DNA of 64,000 bases, taken from contig NIVC01000140.1 in the NCBI GenBank assembly GCA_002269645.1, forward strand, positions 372,001-436,000. Direction: 5' to 3'. Both the position numbers and the translations under genes were made by a program. Source of the DNA: Macrostomum lignano (Eukaryota). This document shows positions 1 to 10,650 of the stretch, in pieces. How positions within the stretch are numbered: position 1 is the first letter of the stretch; the number at the start of each line of letters is the position of its first letter. The notes under the pieces are model-generated. The model did not search any database and was not told the origin of the DNA. It worked only from the letters and a program-made list of their open reading frames with translations.

Positions 1-1193
1 TATTTAGAAGGTGCTATATAGTTATAGGGTATTACCTCTTTGTTTATCAGTTGTTAATTGTAGTTTTTTGAATATTTAAAAATGTATACTTATGGGCAAA
101 AGAACTTCACTTTGATTCATAAAAAATGTTTAGTGTAACACTAAATGAACAGTTTAATGTAGGTAAAAATGGAGAACCTTGAAAATTAGACATGTTTCAA
201 GTAAGCCATAGTAACTTGTCTTTGACTTGATAAGTACAACATAAAAGTACAAAACTGTATAAGTACAAAGTTAAAACTACACAAAATAAGCTAGACCATC
301 TAAGCTAAAAGTTAAACTAAAATTTTGACTACTCCTAATACAAGTCTTCACCCTTCACTTTACCTGATGCTACACTTTAGATGATACCATTGCTGGCATT
401 TGTCACATTAAAGTGCTAATTGACATGCAGTTATTGCTTTGTTTTGGCTGTTTTGGAATTCTCAAGCTAATTGTACATGTGTACACTAAGTGATGTCTAT
501 TTTTAGTAACACTCTCAAGGTTAGCCATTAGCCACACATTGGCTAAGTGGTAAGTGAAATTGGCACAGAAGATAGAATTATACCTTGCTAAATGATTCAG
601 AAGACAGCAAGTTTTAAGAGTGCAATGCAAACATATCAACCGATTGCGCACCATAGCAATCAATTGTTACTTATTTTGCTTCAAATTTTATGCACTTGTT
701 GCACACACTTGTTGTATACAATATTACTGAAAAATTCCTCAAATTAACAATGTTTGAATTTTATATCACTAGAAAAACATTTGTTTCATAACAAACTTAA
801 CTTGCACCATTTTACATGTATTAGTAAGTTTTTTGTTGAAATTACTTTTTTTAAATAGGCCTCTTGCCAAAATGACTTTTAGCCAAAATGATTGGCTAAT
901 GATTGGCCAAAATGATTGGCAATGATTGGTACCCCTACACCCACTGAGTTCTGGCAGAAGCTACTAGTACTAAGGGCCAATGCTGATCCCTGAACACAGG
1001 AACACTTAATAGATATCTAAAACAAAAAGATAAGAATCGAAACAACAATCTGAACTGATGTATGTCTGTATGATAGTCAGAATGATTGATAGCAACAAAG
1101 AATTGTTAGGTTTTTTTACAATAGGCTACATCATAGATCTCTTAGGGTTCGGCCACTGCGGCGCGTCTAGGGTGTCTAGCTAGGGAGTAAGTC

Positions 1194-1557
1194 AGTGGCA
1201 ACAGTGCGAGAGGCAGATTTAGAAATACAAAATGGGGGGCGAGCTTTAACCATCAGGCATCAGATCAGTGGGGGCGCCATAATATACATACACTGGGCGA
1301 TCCTGAAGATTCCCGCGTTTAATTATTTTACGGAATTATTTCGCCCTCTATTCAAGGGTGGTGGGGGGGTGGGGGTTATAATTAAACGCGGGAAACTAAG
1401 AAATCGCCATACACTGCACTTGACTTAGAAGGGAGCCATAATACACTCGAGGGGCACCATACTGAGCACACTGAGTGCGGTGGGGACCTTTTTTAGGGCA
1501 AAGGAAAAAGGGCGCCATCATCGCTAGACACAAGAGACACAGGATAATCCGCCACTG
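1194..1557. mobile_element. Degenerate MITE-like element (CAGTGGC...GCCACTG ends)
   Basis: Left CAGTGGC at 1194 and right ATAATCCGCCACTG ending 1557 resemble the CAGTGGCG/CAGGGGCG termini of the MITEs at 28171 and 37102. No TSD found. Confidence 0.3.
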
Positions 1558-1980
1558 AACAGTCACACACACACAGTGCTACTAAACTACGACAACTGAA
1601 TGAACGCGTACGTCTTACACTGAGTTCATGAATTCGTCGAAAATTTCAACACTTTAAAACCTTCTGTCCATTCAAACAAAATCTATATATTGCGGTAGAG
1701 ATTCCGCAAGTTTTTAATTCAACTTTTAATTATACGTTAAAAAGTAGGAACTGTGCTTTAGCAGAACAAAATTGGATCATCAAAAAAGCAATCCAATAAT
1801 TTTTGCAACCGCGAACATCGATTGCCTGATTATCTTATTGTACGAGCGTAAGTTGAAAATTTGTTGTGCATGATACCGTAAGCGCAGTGCTTCTGTAGCA
1901 AAGGACGCGCAGCACTAGTTATTTTAATAAATACACGGACTATTTACATGTAAATATTTATATAGTTTAGTTTTCTCTGT

Positions 1981-2367
1981 CCCTAGAGGATATTCTGTTT
2001 CTCAAACTTAGCAGATCTTGTCTCTGTGCCATTCTTAGCAGATCTTGTCAATCTGCTCGGTTCTTGCAGGATCTTCTATGATGGGAGGTACATTACTTTT
2101 TTTATTCATTTGGCTAAAGTGTTCTAGCTGAACTATATTTTGTTTTGTGACAAGATGGGACAATAAATTTAAGAAAATATGCGATTCGAAGCTATAAAAA
2201 GATATAAAAGATAAGATCTTGTACGATGTAGCAAGTCGCCCATATCTGGTAAGTTTACCTAAGTATTATTATAGTAAAGATCTTGCACGTTCTTGCAAGT
2301 ACTTGCGCAGCAACCCAAGAAGATAGATAAGATCTGCTAAGAATCAACAAATCAATTTCTTCTAGGG
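1981..2367. mobile_element. Non-coding element with imperfect terminal and subterminal inverted repeats
   Basis: CCCTAGA...TCTAGGG ends. TTCTTAGCAGATCTTGTCAATCT (~2033) is mirrored by AGATAGATAAGATCTGCTAAGAA (~2320). AGATCTT motif reiterated. Confidence 0.35.
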
Positions 2368-3096
2368 GTGCACAGCGGGGTTGCTAATCATGCAGTCACG
2401 GAGGATTCCTTTGCTACATGTACGTAAGGTTCAGTGTAAGCTATAAAGAGCTAAGCTATCAAGCGGCCATTAAATCCTTGTACAACTTTCCTTTTACAAA
2501 AAATAGCTAGGTAACACGCATTTGATTACAGAGTGAATTAAGTCTTTAAAACTAAAAAAGTGCATAAAATCGGCTGGATTCACAGCAGCTTGCATACAAG
2601 GACTACAAGGACTTAAGTTGTCCTTGCTTGCATATTGCTTGAGGGAAGTTGCATTAATGATTAAGATTTCGAGCGCGATAAGCGCGGCAATATTGACAAA
2701 TCTGCTTGGCAAAGTTTGTATGTGTTATGGGTTGATATAGCTGAAAGTAATCAAACAATAACCCAAAGACTGGGTCCAATCCGACCTTACCCCCAGTTGG
2801 TCCTTTCATTTGCGAGCTTTTGAGAGTAGTAACACAGTTTGCCGCGAATGTGCGCACTTTCTAACCTATAAAATCTGCCTTTCTAGCTCTACCCACGTAT
2901 TCTATTCACTGGAGAGGTTGGCTGCCCCTTCAGTGTGCGCTCCGTTGAGCATCCAATAATCGAATAGCTTGGCAAGCAAGCTGCGCTCGCCACCCCATGC
3001 AGCTCTCACAGAGTGCTTTCTATTTTTTGTGTAGGTTTTGTGTAAATTTGCCCAGAGACGCTTGCAGTTGCCAGTTTTCTGCCAAGCTGGAAGGAA

Positions 3097-3765
3097 ATGG
3101 CAGCCTCAGGCGCAGTGTGTTGTATCTTGGCCATCACCTGCACCATCGCAGCGGTGGACCTGGGCCTGAGCATCGCCGAGATCGCCATGGGTTACATTCA
3201 CCTTCAAGACTGTCCCGTGCAGGCGAAGATCCCCATCTACCTGGTGGTGGCGGGCTGCACCGGTCTCATATTGGCCCTCGGAAACTTCGTTAAGGCAAAG
3301 AAGACCAAAGGCGACTCGCAGCGGAGGGAGGCTGCAGAGCAGAGCACGGCGTCGAATTGCGCGAACGGCATCATCTCGCTGCTGTCTCTGTTTGCCTTCG
3401 TCTGGCTCATCTGTGGCACCGTCTGGGTATTCAGCACTTCGCCAACCTTCCAGCAGGCACAGGAGTTGAGCAACGCTACCACCAGCACCAGTGCTACCAC
3501 AGCGCCTGCTTTAGTGACTGTCCCGGAAGCCAGCAACAGTACATCGCCAGTCAACACGTACTGCTACGAGCCCCTGTACAAGTTCGTCATGGCAACCGTC
3601 CTTCTGCGCTACGCAGTAATGGGTCTGTACCTCTGCCTCATTCTTTGCACCTGCTGCGCCTGCTGCGGCGCCATGTGCTGCGTAAAGTTCCTGGTGGACA
3701 AGGAAGACGGCGCATCCTCTGGCGAGCGGCAGGAGCAGGCCGTGAGCATGGTGGAGAAGAGCTGA
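3097..3765 (+). CDS. TMEM272-like multi-pass membrane protein (222 aa, intronless)
   Basis: Four hydrophobic segments. CPVQAKIPIYLVVAG and WLICGTVWVF...YCYEPLYKF motifs typical of this family; Cys-rich C-terminal TM. Confidence 0.75.
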   Translation: MAASGAVCCILAITCTIAAVDLGLSIAEIAMGYIHLQDCPVQAKIPIYLVVAGCTGLILALGNFVKAKKTKGDSQRREAAEQSTASNCANGIISLLSLFAFVWLICGTVWVFSTSPTFQQAQELSNATTSTSATTAPALVTVPEASNSTSPVNTYCYEPLYKFVMATVLLRYAVMGLYLCLILCTCCACCGAMCCVKFLVDKEDGASSGERQEQAVSMVEKS

Positions 3766-4045
3766 GCAGCCGGGGCCAAAGCTTACAGGCTCTGCGCTTT
3801 TAACTGTCCCGAAATTGTGACTCGCACAGACGTGTCCACGTGTCATGTACAAAAATCGAACACTTTGTTGGGCTGGTCGATGAAGCTCTAATGAAAAATA
3901 AATACTTAAGCTACCGTGTTTTTGTCGATTGACTCTCAGTCCTATGCTGAAGAAGTTGTGTCTAATCCTTGTAAAGAAAATATATATTAGGTTTGTAGAA
4001 AACTCACGAGGCGTTGCCGGCAAAAGTCCCTTGAAAAAAGAAGCT

Positions 4046-4407
4046 TTAGCTTTTCCCGGGTTTAAATTTTTTGAAAAAGTTGGTCGAATGAACCTCGAGA
4101 TAAGATATAGACGAGCCGTTGAGGCGAACTCCTTTGAGTGCATCCTGATCCGCAACACCGAAAGGTGAGGCATCGAAATGGCCCGGATTCGCCAGGTTCA
4201 TAAAACCCTTTCGAAAGTTGTACCAAAGCAGTACGCTTGAGGCGAAGCTCAGGTTCGACACTCCGGACGAATTGGCAGCCGTGGTGACACTCTGCATCAT
4301 TGTGGTCGATGCTACAGTGACCGGAGATTGAGTCCCAGTTGCGCTGGTCGGGCTGGTCGTGGAACCAGTTGATCCAATTGGTAAGGCAGTTGCAGGCGTT
4401 GATGCGT
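4046..4407 (-). CDS. Candidate Ser/Thr-rich (mucin-like) exon
   Basis: Acceptor catttcacag|AC at 4407 opens a stop-free frame DASTPATALPIGSTGSTTSPTSATGTQ... in phase 1. Upstream exon not established. Confidence 0.35.
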
Positions 4408-4614
4408 CTGTGAAATGATGATAGTTCACACTTTTTTACCCTCTGCGTGACAAATCTGTCTGCATCAACTGCTATGCTAAAAGCTTACCGGAAACGATGG
4501 CCAGTTTCCTTCGCACCAGGCCGCAGCTGCCAGTCACTAAAGTCACGCTAGGCAGGCTGTAGCAGGCGCCACTGTCTGTCAGGTACACAGACAGTCGGCA
4601 CCAGCTATTCAGAG

Positions 4615-4745
4615 TGCAGTGCAGCACGCACTCGGACTCGACTGCAGCGGTCGCGGGCTCCAGGCCAGACAGAGCACTCGGACAGGTGTTGGTCAGAAGC
4701 TCATACACGGCAGAGCATTGCTCGCATGGTACAGCTGGGTAGCAC
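4615..4745 (+). mobile_element. Possible decayed tRNA-derived SINE head
   Basis: GTGCAGTGCAGCACGCACTCGGACTCGACTGCAGCGGTCGCGGGCTCCAGGCC resembles degenerate A/B boxes. No complete cloverleaf. Confidence 0.2.
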
Positions 4746-5266
4746 AAAAACAATAGCGATATTACACCAACTAACATTGCAAAATATGCTGCTGTTTTAT
4801 CAGAACTTGCTGGGTGGCGCTCCCCTGCGTTATGCGAATATATATATATATATATAGTGTCTTTTTGAAGCGCTGCAATCACCAATTACACGCCAGCTCT
4901 TTTAGCCAGCATTTGTCTCATTGGACACTGTAGACATAGCCAGTTTTAAGGCTTAACACTAACATGCATATGTACCTGAGCTGATGGACCACACTGCGCC
5001 CTTCTACAGTCTCTGGATAAATGACAGAGTAACTAAAGAGGCAGAGTACATTCCGGACAACAAGCCGACATCGATGGCAAATATGTACTGTTAAATTTCG
5101 CTAGTAGAAAGCACCTGAGACGGAGAGAAAAGCAAAATTTGCAATGTCCGAGCGTCAGTAAAAATAAAACGCACAGAACCTGTTTGCCATTGATGTCTGA
5201 CAACGTCGATACCTTGACACGCCAGCTGCGTCGAGGTTTTTTTCATGTTTTACATGATGCCTCTTT

Positions 5267-5718
5267 TATGTTTGACATGACGCTTTTTATGTTTGACATG
5301 ACTCTTCCTTTATGTTTGACATGACTCTTCCTTTATGTTTGACATGACTCTTCCTTTATGTTTGACATGACTCTTCCTTTATGTTTGACATGACTCTTCC
5401 TTTATGTTTGACATGACTCTTCCTTTATGTTTGACATGACTCTTCCTTTATGTTTGACATGACGCTTTTTATGTTTGACATGACTCTTCCTTTATGTTTG
5501 ACATGACGCTTTTTATGTTTGACATGACTCTTCCTTTATGTTTGACATGAAGCTTCTTTATGTTTGACATGACTCTTCCTTTATGTTTGACATGACGCTT
5601 TTTATGTTTGACATGACTCTTCCTTTATGTTTGACATGACTCTTCCTTTATGTTTGACATGACTCTTCCTTTATGTTTGACATGACTCTTCCTTTATGTT
5701 TGACATGAAGCTTCTTTA
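5267..5718. repeat. Minisatellite, 23-bp unit (21-bp variants), ~20 copies
   Basis: TATGTTTGACATGACTCTTCCTT in tandem. Confidence 0.95.
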
Positions 5719-6189
5719 TTCTTTAGTTTTTCGTGGAGTTTACAGCTCTTGACATTTAAAACAATTTTAATAAAAATTTATACACTTTAAAAATTTGAAA
5801 CCAGGTCGCTACATTAGCAGTTCAGTGTGTTCAGATCTAGTCCAGCTCTCTTCGAACTGATGATCTGAATTGAAGCACTTATAATTGAATACTCACACAT
5901 CAAGTCGGTTACAGTAAGTCAGTCACAAAAAGCAGTTATGAACGGGTCTAAAAACTTTGCCAGCCGATAAAATTTGTAGCAAGTTGCCAAAGCGTTTTTA
6001 AAATGCAGGTCTGTTATGCAGCCTAATACTGTAATAATAAGTGTAATAAATAAATCTATCCGATATAGTTTAGCTTTTATTGTTGATTTATAATTGTAAC
6101 GTTAGACAGCTACTGAACTTTCTGAGCTGCTTCCTTGCTGCAAATTTTCTCGGCTGGCAACTTTCCAGCTCAAAGCTCAAATTTCAAAG

Positions 6190-6925
6190 TTCCAGCTGGC
6201 GAAAAGCGCCTGAGCGTGCTTGGCTACGCCGACGACCTCGCCTCATGTCATCGTCGGTTGAAGGCGCCCAGCGCCAGATCGACAGGCTGGTCGAGGTGGC
6301 ATCGAGCGTCGGTCTGATTGTCAACATGCTGAAGACCGAGGCGCTGACTGTGCCGGCCGACATCCCAGAGGACCTGACGTGCCGCGGCTCGCACGCTGAT
6401 CAGGTGATCAGGCTCATCTGATCAGCAGATGATCAGGCTCGCACGCTGCCAGCGGCTCACCTACTTCGGCGGTCTGGTGCTTCACGTGAAGAACCTCCGG
6501 CGGCGCAGAGGACTTGCCTGGGCGGCCTTCCGTTTGATCTGAGCCTCCGTCCGAAGCGCTGCCCGACCCGCCAGAAGGCTCGGCTATGGCAGGCGGTAGT
6601 CGAGACATGGACGCTGACGGGTACTCTGGAGCGAGCGGCGGTTGGACTCCGCGCACTCAGGGCTGCCTGTGCAGCCTTTCGAGCTGACGAGAGCGTCGGG
6701 ACCGAGGCCCTGTACGATCGGGCCAAGCTGCAGCGCCCGTCCATCATCCTGCGCCGTCGGCGACTTCAACTGGCGAGTCACATGATCCGGGCCGAGGGCT
6801 ACTGCCGCCAACCTGTTCAGGACGTCCTGCTGCTCACCTTGCAGGGCCCGTTCAGGCGGGGTCAGTCCCGAACCCGTCGATAAGTGGACTGCCTGCTATG
6901 CAACGCTGGGACACCCTGCTCTAGC
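6190..6925 (+). mobile_element. Decayed non-LTR retrotransposon (RTE-like) reverse transcriptase 3' fragment
   Basis: LGYADDLA core followed, across frameshifts, by SSSVEGAQRQIDRLVEVASSVGLIVNMLKTE, DLRRRRGLAWAAF-like and RRRRLQLASHMIR segments. Frameshifts and stops present. Confidence 0.85.
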
Positions 6926-7854
6926 CGTGACCTGCCTTCAGGGCTGCGTATTTTTACACATTTTGTTTTTAGTGTTGCATGTAGGATGTAAAACTAACAT
7001 CGAATCATAATTTTATAAACGAAATTCAGCTAAATAGAGAATCGTGTTCAAGACGTGCTCAATTTTTCGAAGAGTCAAGTATCTAAAGTAAGAAAACACG
7101 TATATACTTCTACTGATGTAACTACTGATGTTATTAAGAAGTAAATAAAAAACGATCGAAGTCGATCTGGGAATTTTTTTTCACCATTTTTTCACACCCT
7201 GGTGCACTTTAAGCGAGATTGTCACATAACCCATTCTGCCAACTCCCCTGAGCAGGCACACAGGCACACGGCTGCGTGCGCAGTCACAGACTCACACAGG
7301 AGTGTACAGCGGCCTTAAATGACGCTTGTATGATTTTTTTCATGACGCTTCTATGATTTTATCATGACGCTGCATTTCAAGTCGAAAGAGCTGCTTGACC
7401 TTTGCAAAAAACATGTTTTTCGAATATTTAATCCCTTTAGCATCGAGAAATTTCTTAGCCACGATGCATATACCATCACGGAAAAATTTCTAAACGATCA
7501 GTGCAAGTTCGAAGAAAATCGATTGAGCCGTTTTTTCTAAAATCGATCTCATACCTATCTACCGTACCGACAGACCATGTTTAGTTTAGCTCCTTGCGCT
7601 TGGAATCAAGCCTGGGCCGCTGGCACGCCAGAGCATCGCGCTATACCATGCACTTGTTTTGATATGGCCTTTACAAGCCATTGTTTGAAATTCTCTGACA
7701 TGTAAGCAGAAGATAATTGGAAAACAAAGACTTAAATTTGGCTTGCTGACGATCAGAATAAAACATGTTATATCTGCTTCCTGACCGTCAGAATAAAGCC
7801 AGTTAGAGTTGCACAATGTCTGTGGGCTATAAAAAGAGTCCTTCAATGAGTTGT

Positions 7855-9014
7855 CTATCCATTCCTATCAAAGTACTGCAGATTGGCGATCAGAGTGGGC
7901 CGACTGCCGTAGACCTCCAGCTCTGCCGGCACATCGCAGGCGGTCATTGGCCGCGAATCTCGCCGTCTAACGCTGATGCTCACCATGAGCATCCTGGAGC
8001 AGCTCACAACGAAGTATTCGCCCTTGTCGATTGGCAAGCAGAAGCCCATGTACCTGACGTTCCCTAATCTGCGCTCCACGGAGTCGAATGTGTAGTCATT
8101 GGGGTCGAAACTGCAGTCATTCCCTTTCCGCTTCCAGACTACGATCTTCTCCACAAACCTTTTTGTCGACAAGCTGCCAAAGTTGAATTGCAATGAGCTG
8201 CCGATGGTCATATTTGAGTTCTCGTCTGGACCGAAGTTGTCCTCACGGATACCGTCAATGGCCTTCATGATGGTGGGATTGAAGATGCTCCTAGAGCTGT
8301 TGCTATCCCTGTCAATCATCGGGTTCATGTAGGAATCGCCCGTGAAGGCAGACAGAACCTCGAAAGCGTCTGCAAGATGCGTTGAGTTTAGTCAGACGAG
8401 TTTTCTATCGAAAGTCGAAATAGAAAACAGGTCTGAATTTCGTGCTACGACCCCTGGTTTGACTACCAGGTACGTGCGTGACCAACATTCATTTGAGGCC
8501 TGTGCATGAAAGTTGGCTGGGGATTGACGCATTCACACCCATTAGGGCCAACCCCCTCTCATAGGTGATCAGCAACCAGCGGAATGGACAAAATTGCCGC
8601 ATCGTTGTGGGACGTGGGCTGTTGTCGAAGGCGTGTTGCGCCAGGGAGCCCACAGCACTCCTGTGAACATTACTATCATCAATGCCTTATAAAAGAGAAG
8701 AGTTCATGGTGTTACGCGAGTACAGTAAACTTCAGCTTCAGCTGTGGAAATTGGTATGAAAAAATCGGACACTATCTGGATTAGGTCAAAATGCACGGTT
8801 AAGGACAGCGCAAGAGCTCCGTCATGTGCTCACCGTAGCAGTCTTTGTTAAGCGGCAGCCTGGCAAAGCCCCGCCCGGGACAGGGGACGCAGCCATCGCT
8901 GCTCACCATCTGGAACTCGGTGCATCCGTGCGTCCTCCGCAGCGACGCGGCGTCCTCTTGGGCAGCAACAGTCGCGACTGCGACCAGCAATGCCAAGCTT
9001 GCAGAGAAAATCAT
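7855..9014 (-). CDS. Secreted protein: signal peptide, Cys-rich segment and F-type lectin (FTP)/galactose-binding-like domain
   Basis: Exon 9014-8834 (MIFSASLALLVAVATVAAQ, donor G|gtgagc) joins in phase to exon 8369-7855 (acceptor cttgcag|). KAIDG, FVEKIVVWKR and ELEVYG match the FTP fold pattern. 3' end uncertain. Confidence 0.65.
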
Positions 9015-10210
9015 TGCGTTCAGATTTCAGTGCAGGATTGAGACCACATGCATTTCAGTTCGGGGTCGCACATTTGAAGCATTTATTTACCCGCGTCATA
9101 AACTTTCATCTGATAATTGGCTGCACGTTGCATGCAAACAACATGCAGCTACGTAGACTTTAGAATTTGAACTGAAGCGTCTTCTACCCTTAGTTTTAAT
9201 TATTTATCTTATTCCGTTGCTAATTCTCTACTATCTAGACTTCGGTCATCTCCTAGCTGTTAACCTACCAGGCATGTCTTCTTCGTATTTTGCACCGAGC
9301 TGACCCGAGCAATCGTAAACAAAACGGCCAGAAGGGAGACGCCGAAGCCAAGACAGGCACTTGGGGCAAAAGTTTTCTGTCAGCCATCATGTCGTTCGTG
9401 GGTTCGTCGGTCTATTTGATGGCGATGTGAACAAGCCTTAAAGTACATCGCCTGAAGCGAATCGGATGAAAGGGGCTGAGGGAGCTGTTGTTGTTAAACG
9501 GGGGTGCCATCGAGTGCGAAATGCCCGTCAGACAGGGTCGAGCGTGAGATCAATTTCGCCACCGGTGAACACTTGATCCCCCTGCCATAAAAACGCGAGA
9601 GCCTGTCACTAATCGCCATTGCCTAAAATCGCGGTATCTGGTGGGTCACACTGTCAGGGTACCAATAACTTCTGGGGCTCATGCCTTCCAGGTGGTCCAT
9701 TTACCAGCTCCCTTCGCGGGTAGGTTCACCTAGCGCAATGACAGCTCAAAGCAGCACAGAGCGCGGCACTCTTCCTGAAATACGAGCAGCTCAGCCGCCA
9801 AGTTCGTCAGCCAGCCCCGGTCAGACAAAAGTACCCTCCGGGCAGAGTGCACCCAAACACGCAATCGCGAGAGATCGTCTTTACGTCTCAATTGGCTGAG
9901 CTGCGGGGAAAATCTCCCATTTACTGGGGCAATTTACCGGACCACTGCAGACTAGCCATTGCGAATTTTTGGGCTCATTATTTATGGGCGAATAGCTAAA
10001 AAATCGAGCGCACTACTACAATTCATTGCATTCAGTAGTACGAACACCGACAGCATTAATTCGTAAATGAAAATATTTGAGAGATTGGAGAAATGGCGAG
10101 CACTTATTATAATTTCTTCTTCACCGCAAACTCAGCCTTTCATCTGAATTGCAGTCGCCAGAACAAAACCAAAATGTGAGCTGCATTCATCCACTCTCCC
10201 GTCCGTTGGT

Positions 10211-10650
10211 AGTCAGCCAGTCAGCCAGTCAGTCAGTCAGTCAGTCAGTCAGTCAGTCACTCAGTCAGTCAGCCAGTCAGCCAGTCAGTCAGTCAGTCAG
10301 TCAGTCAGTCAGCCAGTCAGCCAGTCAGCCAGTCAGTCAGTCAGTCACTCAGTCAGTCAGCCAGTCAGTCAGTCAGTCAGTCAGTCAGTCAGTCAGTCAG
10401 CCAGTCAGTCAGTCAGTCAGTCAGTCAGTCAGTCACTCAGTCAGTCAGTCAGTCAGTCAGCCAGTCAGTCAGTCAGCCAGTCAGTCAGTCAGTCAGTCAC
10501 TCAGTCAGTCAGCCAGTCAGTCAGTCAGTCAGTCAGTCAGTCAGTCAGTCACTCAGTCAGTCAGCCAGTCAGCCAGTCAGTCAGTCAGTCAGTCAGTCAG
10601 TCAGCCAGTCAGCCAGTCAGTCAGTCAGTCAGCCAGTCAGCCAGTCAGTC
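10211..10650. repeat. (CAGT/CAGC)n tetranucleotide microsatellite, ~110 units
   Basis: Direct reading. Confidence 0.97.

Noticed and set aside
7590-7675. tRNA gene on the minus strand (similar hints at 4615-4690 and 35150-35220)
   Set aside because: Only degenerate A/B-box-like fragments with no complete cloverleaf; more likely SINE debris.
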